A stretch of 64,000 nucleotides of DNA from a virus: the IMG/VR virus record IMGVR_UViG_3300021077_000087, positions 1 to 64,000 of that record. One strand, given 5' to 3'. Below are positions 25,726 through 35,670 of this stretch, in pieces. The notes under the pieces were generated by a model. It saw only the letters and a list, made by a program, of their open reading frames with translations, had not been told where the DNA came from and ran no database searches. Every line of letters begins with the position of its first letter. Positions within the stretch are counted from its first letter, which is position 1. The position numbers and the translations under genes were made by a program.

Positions 25726-26058
25726 TTAAGTGTGAATACTCCATCCATTTGTAGGTTCAATGCAAACAGAATATGTTGGAGCACTTCCATTTCCAAATCC
25801 ATCGTGTTTGCCGTGGAAAATAATTCCTCCACAAAGCACTGATTCATTTTGTGCATTGTAACGGACAAAGAAAAATGATAATGGAGCAAAATCTGTGGAA
25901 ATATTGGTATATCCATCTTTATAAGCATAATCTTTGCCGTGAACACGATTTAACCTTTTCAGGCATTGGATCAGTGATAAATCACCAATTTTATGGGCAT
26001 ACTGAATTGCTTCAGTTAATTTACCTTGGGTTTGATCAATCAAATGTGATTTTTTCAT
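25726..26058 (-). CDS. Hypothetical protein
   Basis: 110-aa ORF preceded by the conserved leader. Confidence 0.45.
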   Translation of the reverse strand: MKKSHLIDQTQGKLTEAIQYAHKIGDLSLIQCLKRLNRVHGKDYAYKDGYTNISTDFAPLSFFFVRYNAQNESVLCGGIIFHGKHDGFGNGSAPTYSVCIEPTNGWSIHT

Positions 26059-26070
26059 TTTGTAAGTTTT

Positions 26071-26337
26071 TTAATCGTTTTCAGCATTTACCACGTCAAA
26101 ATATTTATGATTGAACCCAATAGTTGTGTTTCCTTGATCCCACATTTGTTGCTCAATTTCTTTTTGCACATCATTTAATTGCCCTAAAGTTTCATTGAAT
26201 CTTTCAGCAACATCAACTTCATTCAATTCCATTTTCAAATTGATGATTTTTTCCATTTTGTTTTTTCCTGGCCAAATTCCGTGGCAAATCATAACATTGA
26301 TTTGATCAAATGTTAATTCTAATTTGTAAGTTTGCAT
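26071..26337 (-). CDS. Hypothetical protein
   Basis: 88-aa ORF preceded by the conserved leader. It is the first gene after the gene-poor region. Confidence 0.45.
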   Translation of the reverse strand: MQTYKLELTFDQINVMICHGIWPGKNKMEKIINLKMELNEVDVAERFNETLGQLNDVQKEIEQQMWDQGNTTIGFNHKYFDVVNAEND

Positions 26338-26377
26338 TTTGTAAGTTTTTTAAGTGTAACATTTTATACCAACAAAA

Positions 26378-26400
26378 CCTCATCCTTTGCAGGTATGAGG
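26378..26400 (-). terminator. Candidate rho-independent terminator
   Basis: Stem CCTCAT / ATGAGG, followed on the minus strand by TTTTGTT. Confidence 0.45.
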
Positions 26401-26770
26401 CAACAATATTTTGGGGAATTTTTTGATTTTTTGATTTTTTTCGGAAATTATTTAATCACAATTTTTGGGGAAAATCTGTAAATGCAATTTTATGTGGAGC
26501 ATTCAGGGCATTCTGCCCGGTTTAAACCGTTCAACCGTTCAAAATTATGATTCAATAAAAAGTCAATCCGATACAGTTCAGTTGAATCTAAAAATCCGTT
26601 TGCATCGCTAAACAAGGCTATTGTGCGTATCATGATAGTATAAGTTATATACAAGTATTACTAATAAAAATAAGCGTTCAAAACGCCTTAAAATACGAAA
26701 GTAGTAAAAAGAGTTGAAACGAAAAAATACCAAAGATAAAAATAGCTTTGATAGGGTATAAACGTAAATA

Positions 26771-26796
26771 GGGTGCACCCCTAAAAGAGTGCACCC
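26771..26796 (-). terminator. Candidate terminator after 26825..27295
   Basis: 8-bp stem GGGTGCAC / GTGCACCC with a 10-nt loop. T-rich sequence follows on the minus strand. Confidence 0.45.
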
Positions 26797-26824
26797 GTAT
26801 TCCAAACCGGAAACCTTTACTGGT

Positions 26825-27295
26825 TTACTTTACCCAAACGTAATTTTTTCCAACAGGTTTAACCGTCCAACCGAATTTGCCATTGACTTGGTAGTTTACC
26901 GGCTGCAAGGTAGTATATAATGCAACGGCAATGTCCATCGGGCTTTGATCCGTGTGCGCAGCGCAAAGAGCTGCATAGATACCGTCACGAGTAATACCAA
27001 CTTCACCGGCGGCAAAAATCAACTCCCTAATTTCGTTTTTCAGCGAAGGTTTGGAATTGGTAACTTTGGCCAAAATTTTGTCGATTTCACCCAAAAGTTG
27101 GGTTTTTTGTTCAGCCTTCAAATAGCTTGCATCTGCAATCAATTTGATAATAACGTCGGATACCTTAACTTTGGCAGGTTTCTTTTCACCCTCAGCGGTT
27201 TCGGCTGGTTTTTTAGTCCTGGCTACAACGGGTTCAGCAGCAACTTTTGATTCCAATTCAGCCGTAACTTGTGCGGCAGTTCCTAAATTTTTCAT
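26825..27295 (-). CDS. Hypothetical protein with a Lys/Ala/Pro/Glu-rich N-terminal segment
   Basis: 156-aa ORF, visibly more GC-rich than its surroundings. Contains AEPVVARTKKPAETAEGEKKPAKVKV. It stands isolated inside the gene-poor region. Confidence 0.6.
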   Translation of the reverse strand: MKNLGTAAQVTAELESKVAAEPVVARTKKPAETAEGEKKPAKVKVSDVIIKLIADASYLKAEQKTQLLGEIDKILAKVTNSKPSLKNEIRELIFAAGEVGITRDGIYAALCAAHTDQSPMDIAVALYTTLQPVNYQVNGKFGWTVKPVGKNYVWVK

Positions 27296-27364
27296 AATAA
27301 ATAAATGTTAAAAAGTGTAAATAAATGTATGTTTTATCGAATTTTGAAGGCAACTCGAAATAGC

Positions 27365-27499
27365 CTATTTTTTTGCCCTTGCGGGTGATTTTTTAGAGTT
27401 AAGACTGGCCAGTAAAAAAGCACCGATGAAAAGTACTAAGGTAGTGCCGAAAATGGCCAGCGGTGAAATTCCTGATTCAACGAAAAGTAAAGTTGTCAT
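27365..27499 (-). CDS. Small membrane protein (44 aa)
   Basis: Hand-translated MTTLLFVESGISPLAIFGTTLVLFIGAFLLASLNSKKSPARAKK*. ATGA overlap with the upstream ORF stop. Confidence 0.35.
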   Translation of the reverse strand: MTTLLFVESGISPLAIFGTTLVLFIGAFLLASLNSKKSPARAKK

Positions 27500-27672
27500 T
27501 TGATAGAGATGTTAAAGTAAGTATTAAACATTTCGATTAATTCTGCACGGGTATAAAAGCTATAAGCTATTAAGGGCATACGCATTGGACGTGCTTCGTG
27601 TAACTCCCATGCAAGGTCAATTTTCTGTAACCTTTTGCCAGACTCGATCATTTTTAAAGTAACTTCAGTCAT
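27496..27672 (-). CDS. Hypothetical protein
   Basis: The ORF is 27496..27729. The likely start is at 27672 (MTEVTLKMIESGK). Confidence 0.35.
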   Translation of the reverse strand: MTEVTLKMIESGKRLQKIDLAWELHEARPMRMPLIAYSFYTRAELIEMFNTYFNISIK

Positions 27673-27729
27673 TTTGCTATTTTTAATTAGTCTAAATAAG
27701 CAGGGTTCATTGTATCTCCCCGACAACAC

Positions 27730-29040
27730 AAAGATATGTCAAATATTGGAAATAGGTATTCTAAATTAGTATGCTATACAACAACGTGCAAAGGTACTTA
27801 AAATAAAAGATAAATAATAGAGTAAGTAAAAGTATAGGTATGCTAACAAAGTAGCTTAAAACGTCTTAAAATCGAAATAAAGATATAAAAAGCATACGTG
27901 CAAAATGCTTATGCTTAATTAGTCTAAATAGCACGGGCAAAACGTTAAAAACGTCGTAAAAATAGGATATATAGATAGCAACGTGCAAATAGTAGTTGAT
28001 AGATAACGCAAACCCGGTACATCAATATAGATAAGATTGCTAAAAATATATAGTATAAAAAGGTAGTAAGGGCAAGTTGATAATAGTATATAAGGCAAAG
28101 TAAGTACAACCAAATTTAGTATATAGTTAGTATAGTATATCGGATATATAGAGTATATAGAGTATATATAAAAGCATCGAATTAATATAGATAATATAGG
28201 GCAAAATAGGATCAAAACCGCGCGACCTGCTGGCTTGCGTTGGCTGGCTATGAATTGACACAATAGCAACGTGCATACACATATAGCAAAGTAGATATGT
28301 AAAGCAAGGCCCATTTCAGCCTTACGATAGCTATATATAGTAAGTATATATCATTACTATGCTATTGATATATTAAATAACAAGACTTAAGGTAGGCTAT
28401 TGATTGATATGCGTTTGAATGGTTTGCAACCAAAGAGGGGGTGAAGGAGTGCTCCACAAATGTGCAAATTTTTAGACGTTTTTGGAAACATACTTAGCAA
28501 AGAATAAAGACAATAACGATATACTATTACTATATATACGGACGAAAACTAAAAAAGGGTAAGCATAGAGCATACACGTACATAGAGAAAGCAATAAGAA
28601 TATACACAATACCATTATGCCAAATAGATACGTATGCTTTTAGATATTTAATTTAGTATATATACTTACTACTTATATTTAATCTGCCTTTACTATGCTT
28701 TTTTATTTACATACACTTCATTATGCTTTTTACTTTTATAGGTTTTCTCTATTTATTGTTTTTTGCACAATTGCATACAAATTTGCAAAATTTTTTTAGG
28801 ATTTTTGAAATGAACCTTTGCTTTATTACTTACATTATGCTTTTTATTATTAATGTGCTTTTATAGCATAGATACTTTTTTTAAAGAATGTAAAATAATA
28901 TTCAAATGGTTGAAAAATAAAGATAGCACAGACACAAAGGTGTCCATACGCAATGAATATATGTTATGAAATACACTTTATATATGGGAATTTTTTAAAT
29001 TTAGGCTCTTAGCTTAAAAAATCCACAATTTATATCTGTT
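27730..29040. promoter_or_regulatory. Non-coding divergent control region with dispersed short repeats (candidate promoters, origin or packaging region)
   Basis: About 1.3 kb with no credible ORF, lying between the minus-strand and plus-strand gene blocks. It carries the repeat families detailed in the findings. Confidence 0.6.
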
Positions 29041-29685
29041 ATGAAACGTGCACGAGATAAACACACACATCCAAGTGAGCAAGAACCAATTACTGCTCAT
29101 CAATATCCTTACAAGTTCCGTGAGGAAATGATTGAAGAAACTCGCAGTCTTGCTCGTTTCGGTTGTGAAGATGAGGAAATTGCTGAACATCTGAAGATCA
29201 GTTTGCAGACATTCAATGCTTACAAACGTGATATACCAGAATTCTGGAATGCATTGCAAGATGGCAGGTTGTATGATAGTATGAAGGTAGTGGATAGTTT
29301 GCACAAACAAGCCTTGGGATACAATGTAATAGAATATGAAGAAGCAGAACATGCAATGCGTAGTGGTGAGATTGTACTATTAAAGAAAAAAATCACCAAG
29401 TTCATACAGCCTAATGTTACTGCTGCCATTTATCTTTTGAAAACTCGTCACGGAGACAAGTGGATGGATATTATCAAAACTGAGAAAACACAGAATCTCA
29501 ATATTATGGTAAAGAATGTGGACTTTTCAGATATGACAACCGAAGAATTGATGTTATTGAAGAAAGTAGGGATCAATCATATACCACAAGAATTTAAAGT
29601 TAAACAGGCTTTGCCTGAAGGAACACCACTTAGAAGTAAGAACGTAGGCAAAACCATACAAATCCAAGATGTACAGGGAAATTGA
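29041..29685 (+). CDS. Terminase small subunit
   Basis: HTH-like ARFGCEDEEIAEHLKISLQTFNAYKR. It lies immediately upstream of, and overlaps, the large-subunit gene. Confidence 0.7.
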   Translation: MKRARDKHTHPSEQEPITAHQYPYKFREEMIEETRSLARFGCEDEEIAEHLKISLQTFNAYKRDIPEFWNALQDGRLYDSMKVVDSLHKQALGYNVIEYEEAEHAMRSGEIVLLKKKITKFIQPNVTAAIYLLKTRHGDKWMDIIKTEKTQNLNIMVKNVDFSDMTTEELMLLKKVGINHIPQEFKVKQALPEGTPLRSKNVGKTIQIQDVQGN

Positions 29686-31234
29686 TACAGCAGTAATGGA
29701 TGAACCCGAAGTAGAATTTGTGCGTACCAAGAATTCAAAAGTGGAACGCATGAAAGAATCTTTGAATAATCCGCTGCTTATCGTAAAGGAATTGAACAAT
29801 CGCAGCCTTTATCATTTTATACAATGGTTTTGGCCGGTAATCTCAAACCAAGAATTTAGTGGTAACTGGCATATTGAATATCTTTGTAAAGAACTTGAAG
29901 AAATAGCATATCGTGTTGGCAACCGTGAGAAAAAGTTACATGATCTTATTATAAATATCCCTCCTGGGATGACAAAGACAATTACCTGCAGCATTATGTT
30001 CCCAGCATGGTGTTGGACCAAGTGGTATTGGATGCGATTTATTACTGCTTCTTATTCTGCGGTATTGAGTTTGGAAAGTGCTGAGTATTGCCGTGACTTG
30101 GTACGATCACCGCAGTTTAAAGCAATTTATCCTGAAATTGATATCAGGGAAGACAAAGATACGAAATCAAATTTTAAGATTATCAAGAAGGATTGGTGGC
30201 ATGGGAAACTGAATAAACCACCAAGCATATTACAAGGAGGAAACAGATATTCAACTTCTGTTGGTGGATCATTAACCGGATTCCATGCCGATATGATAAT
30301 ATGGGATGATCCACTGAATCCTGAGCAATCAATTTCCGACAAAGAACGTGATATTGCAAATCGTTGGATTGACCAAACTTTACCTACTCGTAAAACTGAC
30401 AAAAGTATTAGTGCCGTTATTGGTATTATGCAAAGATTACACCAAGATGATCCGACTGGACATATTCTTTCAAAAAAGAAAACAAATGTCAGGCATATTT
30501 GTCTTCCTGGGGAAATCTTAAATTACAAGGAACAACTAAACCCACCAGAATTAGCAATACATTACAAGAACAATCTTTTAGACCCTTCCCGATTGAATTG
30601 GAATGTGTTGATGGATTTGGAAGCAGACCTTGGTCAATATGGGTATGCTGGTCAGATTGGACAAAATCCAACTCCACCTGGAGGTGGTATGTTTCATGTT
30701 GATATGTTTACTGTAATAGAAACACCACCACCACCAAATCATATTGTAAGTGTTATTAGATATTGGGATAAAGCAGGTAGTGAAGGTAAAGGTGCTTATA
30801 CCGCTGGAACAAAGATAGCTCGTTTGAGAGACGACACCTTTGTAGTTCTTGATGTAAAACGTGGACAATTTGGAACAGATAAAAGGGAGAAAGTTATAAA
30901 GGCATATGCTGAAGCCGATGGTACAAATGTTCCTGTTTACATAGAACAGGAACCAGGATCAGGGGGGAAAGAAAGTGCAGAAGCTACAATTCGCAATTTA
31001 ATTGGTTATGCTTGCTATGCAGATCGTCCTACTGGTGATAAGGTATTCAGAGCTGATCCATATTCAGTTCAAGTTAATAATGGAGCATTTAAAATATTAA
31101 AAGCGGATTGGAATCATGCATTTGTAGAAGAACACAGATTCTTCCCTTATGGTACTTACAAAGATCAAGTGGATTCGGCAGCAGCAGCATTTAATCTTTT
31201 AGCTGGCAAAAAGAAAGTACAACGAGTAACGTAA
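29669..31234 (+). CDS. Terminase large subunit
   Basis: Walker-A-like IPPGMTKT and Walker B MIIWDDPLNP. The C-terminal nuclease region has RYWDKAGSEGKGAYT, YIEQEPGSGGKE and DQVDSAAAAF. Confidence 0.9.
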   Translation: MYREIDTAVMDEPEVEFVRTKNSKVERMKESLNNPLLIVKELNNRSLYHFIQWFWPVISNQEFSGNWHIEYLCKELEEIAYRVGNREKKLHDLIINIPPGMTKTITCSIMFPAWCWTKWYWMRFITASYSAVLSLESAEYCRDLVRSPQFKAIYPEIDIREDKDTKSNFKIIKKDWWHGKLNKPPSILQGGNRYSTSVGGSLTGFHADMIIWDDPLNPEQSISDKERDIANRWIDQTLPTRKTDKSISAVIGIMQRLHQDDPTGHILSKKKTNVRHICLPGEILNYKEQLNPPELAIHYKNNLLDPSRLNWNVLMDLEADLGQYGYAGQIGQNPTPPGGGMFHVDMFTVIETPPPPNHIVSVIRYWDKAGSEGKGAYTAGTKIARLRDDTFVVLDVKRGQFGTDKREKVIKAYAEADGTNVPVYIEQEPGSGGKESAEATIRNLIGYACYADRPTGDKVFRADPYSVQVNNGAFKILKADWNHAFVEEHRFFPYGTYKDQVDSAAAAFNLLAGKKKVQRVT

Positions 31235-31244
31235 AAATCGAAAG

Positions 31245-32792
31245 ATGGAACGGACAAAAGGAATGGAATTACAACGGACAAAAGGTGTTGGCACAAATGA
31301 GACACAGGTACTTTTACAAAGAGTACATGAATTGTCTGTTATGTCTGCTATGGTGGACAGGGCACGTCTTTCAACAAGGTTAGGACAACAATTTGGTGGG
31401 GATCGTGATTTATATAAAGCATTGGGATATCAGACGGATATTCAAATTACTGATTATTTCACAAGATACTACAGGCAAGATATAGCTAAGGCCGTTATTG
31501 ACAGACCAGTTAAAGCATCTTGGCAAGGTACTGTTTTAATTCAAGAAAATGCTGAAGTAGCATCTACACCATTGGAATCTGGTTGGAAAGATTTATGTAA
31601 ACAACTCGATTTAAAAACAAAATTTTCAAGAGTTGATAGATTATGTGGTATTGGTGAATTTGCCGTTTTATTACTCGGTTTAAATGATGTAAAAACGCCA
31701 AGTGATTATAAAAAACCAGTAAATGCAGGATCAAAAAATAACAAATTGATTTTTGTAAAACCTTACGGACAAACGGCCGTAAATATAAAAACACTTGAAT
31801 CCGATCCCACTAATGAAAGATATGGTTTACCGTTAATATATTCAATAAAACTCACAGATAAATTACAAAACGTAGATATAACAACAGTTACAACAACAGA
31901 AGTTGATGTACATTACACACGAGTTGTTCATATTGTAGATGATGTTTTAGAAAGTGAGATAATTGGTAATCCTCGTCTCGAATCTATATGGAATCGAATG
32001 ATGGATTTAGAAAAGATTGTTGGTGGGGATGCTGAAATGTATTGGCGTGGTGCTCGCCCTGGTTTTCAAGGTAAGGTTGATAAAGATTTTCAAATGACAC
32101 CAGAAACAAGGGCAGATTTGAAAGATCAAATAGATGAATATGAAAATTATTTAAGAAGGATTTTGGTTAATGAAGGAGTTTCTTATGAAGCACTGCAACA
32201 AAAGATTGCCAATCCCGCAAATCATGTTGATATACAAATACAAATGATTGCTACAGTTACTGGGATTCCTAAAAGAATTTTAACCGGAACTGAAAGAGGT
32301 GAGTTAAGTTCAAATCAAGATGCTGCAGAATGGAGATCATATGTTCAGAGTAGAAGGGAAGATCATGCAGAACCAAATATTGTTCGACCATTTATTGATC
32401 GTTGTATTAAACTACAAATACTTCCGAAACCAACAACTGATGATTATGTTGTGATCTGGTCTGATTTATATGCTTTATCAGAATCTGATAAAGTTAAAAT
32501 TGGATTAGATCGGTCAACGGCACTTAAGAATTATTTAAGTGCTCCGATGGGTGAGGGTATTGTTCCTCCAGAAGCATTCTTGATATATTTCCTTGGTTTA
32601 AAAGATCAGGATATTGAAGCAATTAAGCAAATGGGTGGAGCTGATATTTTAGCGGAAATGCAAAAGATGGTTGATGAAGCACAACAACCAGCAGTCCCTG
32701 CAATACCTCCAACACAACAACCAGTTGGAAAACAAGCAATACCAAAACCGACATTACCAAAAGATACTAAACCAGCACAAGTTAAAAAGTAA
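31245..32792 (+). CDS. Portal protein
   Basis: 515 aa, directly after TerL. The pattern YGLPLIYSI...VHYTRVVHI...GGDAEMYWRGARPG resembles DUF1073-type portals. Confidence 0.8.
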   Translation: MERTKGMELQRTKGVGTNETQVLLQRVHELSVMSAMVDRARLSTRLGQQFGGDRDLYKALGYQTDIQITDYFTRYYRQDIAKAVIDRPVKASWQGTVLIQENAEVASTPLESGWKDLCKQLDLKTKFSRVDRLCGIGEFAVLLLGLNDVKTPSDYKKPVNAGSKNNKLIFVKPYGQTAVNIKTLESDPTNERYGLPLIYSIKLTDKLQNVDITTVTTTEVDVHYTRVVHIVDDVLESEIIGNPRLESIWNRMMDLEKIVGGDAEMYWRGARPGFQGKVDKDFQMTPETRADLKDQIDEYENYLRRILVNEGVSYEALQQKIANPANHVDIQIQMIATVTGIPKRILTGTERGELSSNQDAAEWRSYVQSRREDHAEPNIVRPFIDRCIKLQILPKPTTDDYVVIWSDLYALSESDKVKIGLDRSTALKNYLSAPMGEGIVPPEAFLIYFLGLKDQDIEAIKQMGGADILAEMQKMVDEAQQPAVPAIPPTQQPVGKQAIPKPTLPKDTKPAQVKK

Positions 32793-32794
32793 TT

Positions 32795-33757
32795 ATGTGT
32801 GAAATATATGACAATATTGCATTGAGTACTAACTCAAAATATGATCCTACAAGGACAACATCTTTGCGGAATCTATTTGTTGCGGAAATTGACAGACGAT
32901 TTCTTAAGATTGAGCATGCAATTGCTGTGAAATTATTGTCACAAAATTTTTTGGAACCAACAATTCAGTTAAACACTAAAGTACCATATACATATCAAGG
33001 ACCATATACATTTCCAAGGAGTGCTGAAAAAGTACAGGAATTTATGGCATGGTTACAAGAACAAGTTGATAAAGGATTGTTATCCATTTCAGAATTTCAA
33101 TCAGTAGGTGATGCAATTGACAAAGCATGGCAAAATTTATATATAACAGATTCATATAAGAGGGGCGTTATTAGGGCACGTTATGAACTCCAAAAAGCAG
33201 GATTTGATAACATCCCGACCATCGAACAAACTGGGGGTATCGAAATGTCCATGATGACCCCTCTTCATATGGATCGTTTAGGTCTGATTTATACAAGGGT
33301 ATATTCAGATTTAAAAGGAATTACCGATGCAATGAGTTCTCAAATTAGTAGAATTCTTGCACAAGGAATGGCAGATGGTGATGGACCTCGTTTGTTGGCA
33401 AGAAAGATTCTTAGTACAATAAATGGCAAAGGAATGGGTGATTTAAGTCTTACCGATACTTTGGGAAGATTTATACCAGCAAAGAGAAGGGCTGAAATTC
33501 TTGCAAGAACCGAAGTAATAAGAGCACATCATCAAGCAACCATACAAGAATATCGTAATTGGGGTGTTTGGGGTGTTAATGTTATGGCAGAAATGGTAAC
33601 AGCTGGTGATGATCGGGTATGTTCTGAATGTGAAGCTTTAACATTAGCAAATCCATATACTTTGGATGCAGCTATGAATTTAATTCCAGTGCATCCACAA
33701 TGTAGGTGTATTTGTTTGCCATTTGAAGTTGGTGTTGATACATTAATTAAAAAATAA
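32795..33757 (+). CDS. Head morphogenesis protein (Mu F / SPP1 gp7 family)
   Basis: C-terminal DDRVCSECEAL...HPQCRC signature, in the position after the portal gene. Confidence 0.8.
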   Translation: MCEIYDNIALSTNSKYDPTRTTSLRNLFVAEIDRRFLKIEHAIAVKLLSQNFLEPTIQLNTKVPYTYQGPYTFPRSAEKVQEFMAWLQEQVDKGLLSISEFQSVGDAIDKAWQNLYITDSYKRGVIRARYELQKAGFDNIPTIEQTGGIEMSMMTPLHMDRLGLIYTRVYSDLKGITDAMSSQISRILAQGMADGDGPRLLARKILSTINGKGMGDLSLTDTLGRFIPAKRRAEILARTEVIRAHHQATIQEYRNWGVWGVNVMAEMVTAGDDRVCSECEALTLANPYTLDAAMNLIPVHPQCRCICLPFEVGVDTLIKK

Positions 33758-33763
33758 AACAAA

Positions 33764-35179
33764 ATGGAAGGTCTATATTTAAAGATTCAAGACAATCAAC
33801 AAATTGTAAGTTACACGGTTCAAGAAGCAATTCATCAGGAAAAAAAGAATTTGATTGTTCCTGTTACTATGATTGTAGAAGGAGTGTTGTATGGTAGTCA
33901 GGGACCTTTATTACATTTGGCAGAAGAATTTGGAAAAATTCCGGAAAGTTGGAATGGGATTCCGGTTGTTATTGATCATCCAGTTGTAAACGGTGTAAGC
34001 GTATCAGCAAATAGCCCAGAAATAATTGATACCCGAACAGTAGGCCGTATTTATAATGCTAAAATGATAGGCAATAAATTAGTTGCTGAAGCATGGTTGA
34101 TTGAAGAAAAATTGCTTGCTATTTCAAACAAAACTTTAGCATTAGTAAATGCTTCACAACCAATTGAGGTTAGCGTTGGTGTATTTACTGAGAATGAGGA
34201 AATATCAGGAGAATGGAATGAATTACAATATATCGGAGTAGCCAGAAATCATAGACCAGATCATTTAGCTCTTTTGCCCGACGGAGTTGGTGCCTGTTCT
34301 TTGGAAAATGGTTGCGGTGTTCGTGTAAATGCAAATAACAAAAAAAAGAAAGGAGTTGAGAATGAAATGCCAATAGAAAATACTCTTGAAGTACGACAAG
34401 CCATTAGAGCATTTGGGTATGTCTTAAATGCAATTGGAACAAATATGGCAGAAGGCTTAAAAGAAAAACTGGATGATTTGTATAATCTTGTACGGACACT
34501 TAATGTAACCGACGCAAATGGTTATACAACCGTTTGGAATTATCTTGAAGAAGCTTTTGATACTTACTTGATATATTCACAAGAAGAAGGGGATACTAAA
34601 TATTTCAAAGTGAATTATCAGTATAATGTGACAACAGGTGATCCGGAATTTGTTGGTGATCCAGTTGAAGTAAAAAGAAAAATTGAATTTAATGTAGTTA
34701 GTAATAAATTAAACACAAATGAGATGAGTGAAACATGCACCCCATGTGTAAAAAAGAAAGTAGATGCATTGATTGCAAATGTAGCATCTGCTTACAACGA
34801 AACTGATCGAGATATGTTAGAAACTCTTTCAGAAAACGTGCTTGACAGAATGGCACAAATTGCCGCTGTTATTCCTCCCAAACCAGAAATCCAAGCAATG
34901 TCAAAAGAAGACAAAGCAGCTTTGGATTATGGGAAAAGAATGTTAGCGAAACAAAGAGCCGACCAAATTGCCCATATTCAGGGTAATACAAAAGAAGGTG
35001 TTTGGTCACCGGAAGTTCTTGCTAATATGGATGACGATATGCTTGAGCGTGTGTATAACACGATTGAAGTAAAAGAAGTTTTTGATTTTTCACTCAATGG
35101 TAATGGAAGATCAAAAATAAACGTCAATGCATCCAAGGAAGAAGCTTTGTATCCTACTGGTGTTGAAGTAAAATCATAA
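33764..35179 (+). CDS. Putative prohead protease / scaffold (DUF2213-like)
   Basis: N-terminal IPESWNGIPVVIDHP pattern, in the position between the Mu-F-like gene and the capsid genes. Confidence 0.5.
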   Translation: MEGLYLKIQDNQQIVSYTVQEAIHQEKKNLIVPVTMIVEGVLYGSQGPLLHLAEEFGKIPESWNGIPVVIDHPVVNGVSVSANSPEIIDTRTVGRIYNAKMIGNKLVAEAWLIEEKLLAISNKTLALVNASQPIEVSVGVFTENEEISGEWNELQYIGVARNHRPDHLALLPDGVGACSLENGCGVRVNANNKKKKGVENEMPIENTLEVRQAIRAFGYVLNAIGTNMAEGLKEKLDDLYNLVRTLNVTDANGYTTVWNYLEEAFDTYLIYSQEEGDTKYFKVNYQYNVTTGDPEFVGDPVEVKRKIEFNVVSNKLNTNEMSETCTPCVKKKVDALIANVASAYNETDRDMLETLSENVLDRMAQIAAVIPPKPEIQAMSKEDKAALDYGKRMLAKQRADQIAHIQGNTKEGVWSPEVLANMDDDMLERVYNTIEVKEVFDFSLNGNGRSKINVNASKEEALYPTGVEVKS

Positions 35180-35185
35180 ATCAAT

Positions 35186-35197
35186 AGAAAGGAGAAA
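35186..35197 (+). promoter_or_regulatory. Shine-Dalgarno-type ribosome-binding site
   Basis: AGAAAGGAGAAA, with GGAG 10 nt before the ATG at 35205. Confidence 0.6.
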
Positions 35198-35204
35198 ATA
35201 AAAA

Positions 35205-35660
35205 ATGAGTAACACAGTTAAATTAAAAAATTATTCCGATGTCTTTGAGGAGTATAAAGCTGATGCAGCAATTATGCCAGGACATCTGATTGAATTGCTT
35301 GCTACAAATAAAGTGGCACCCCATGGACCTGCTGACGTGAATGCACTTCCAATGTTTGCAGTTGAAGATGAATTGCAAGGTAGGGGGATTGATGATGTAT
35401 ATGCTAAAGGAGATCAGGTACAATGCTGGATTCCTGGACGTGGAGATATTGTCAATGCTATTTTAAAAGATGGTGAAAATGTTGGAATCGGTGATTTTCT
35501 TACAAGTGCCGGAGACGGAACTTTGAAACAAACTGATTTTGCTTCCAGTGCCACTGAACCTGGTTTGGCAGTTATTGGAATTGCTGTGAAGGCAGTTGAT
35601 ATGAGTGGTTCATCCAGTCTTGATCCGGTTGGTGGACGAGTTGCTGTAAGAATTATTTAA
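35205..35660 (+). CDS. Putative head decoration or auxiliary capsid protein
   Basis: 151 aa, immediately upstream of the major capsid gene. It has a strong SD site. Confidence 0.4.
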   Translation: MSNTVKLKNYSDVFEEYKADAAIMPGHLIELLATNKVAPHGPADVNALPMFAVEDELQGRGIDDVYAKGDQVQCWIPGRGDIVNAILKDGENVGIGDFLTSAGDGTLKQTDFASSATEPGLAVIGIAVKAVDMSGSSSLDPVGGRVAVRII

Positions 35661-35670
35661 CTTTAAACTA

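Noticed and set aside
25082-25946. Long forms of ORFs 25082..25444 and 25488..25946.
   Set aside because: Their 5' extensions overlap neighbouring genes and run through the conserved leader motifs. Internal ATGs at 25354 and 25712 sit directly after the leader and give a non-overlapping tiling.
26608-26805. 65-aa minus-strand ORF in the gene-poor region.
   Set aside because: Same reasoning. It is Leu/Phe/Tyr-rich, spans repeat motifs and the terminator hairpin, and has no coupling to its neighbours.
27919-28314. 131-aa minus-strand ORF rich in Y/I/L/C.
   Set aside because: It lies in tata/atag-rich repeat DNA and its composition is what random AT-rich sequence yields. It has no start context or operon coupling, so I treat the region as non-coding.
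27730-28900. Possible CRISPR array, because short motifs recur.
   Set aside because: The repeats belong to several different families. They are 13-23 bp long, irregularly spaced and occur in both orientations. There is no constant repeat-spacer periodicity and there are no cas genes.
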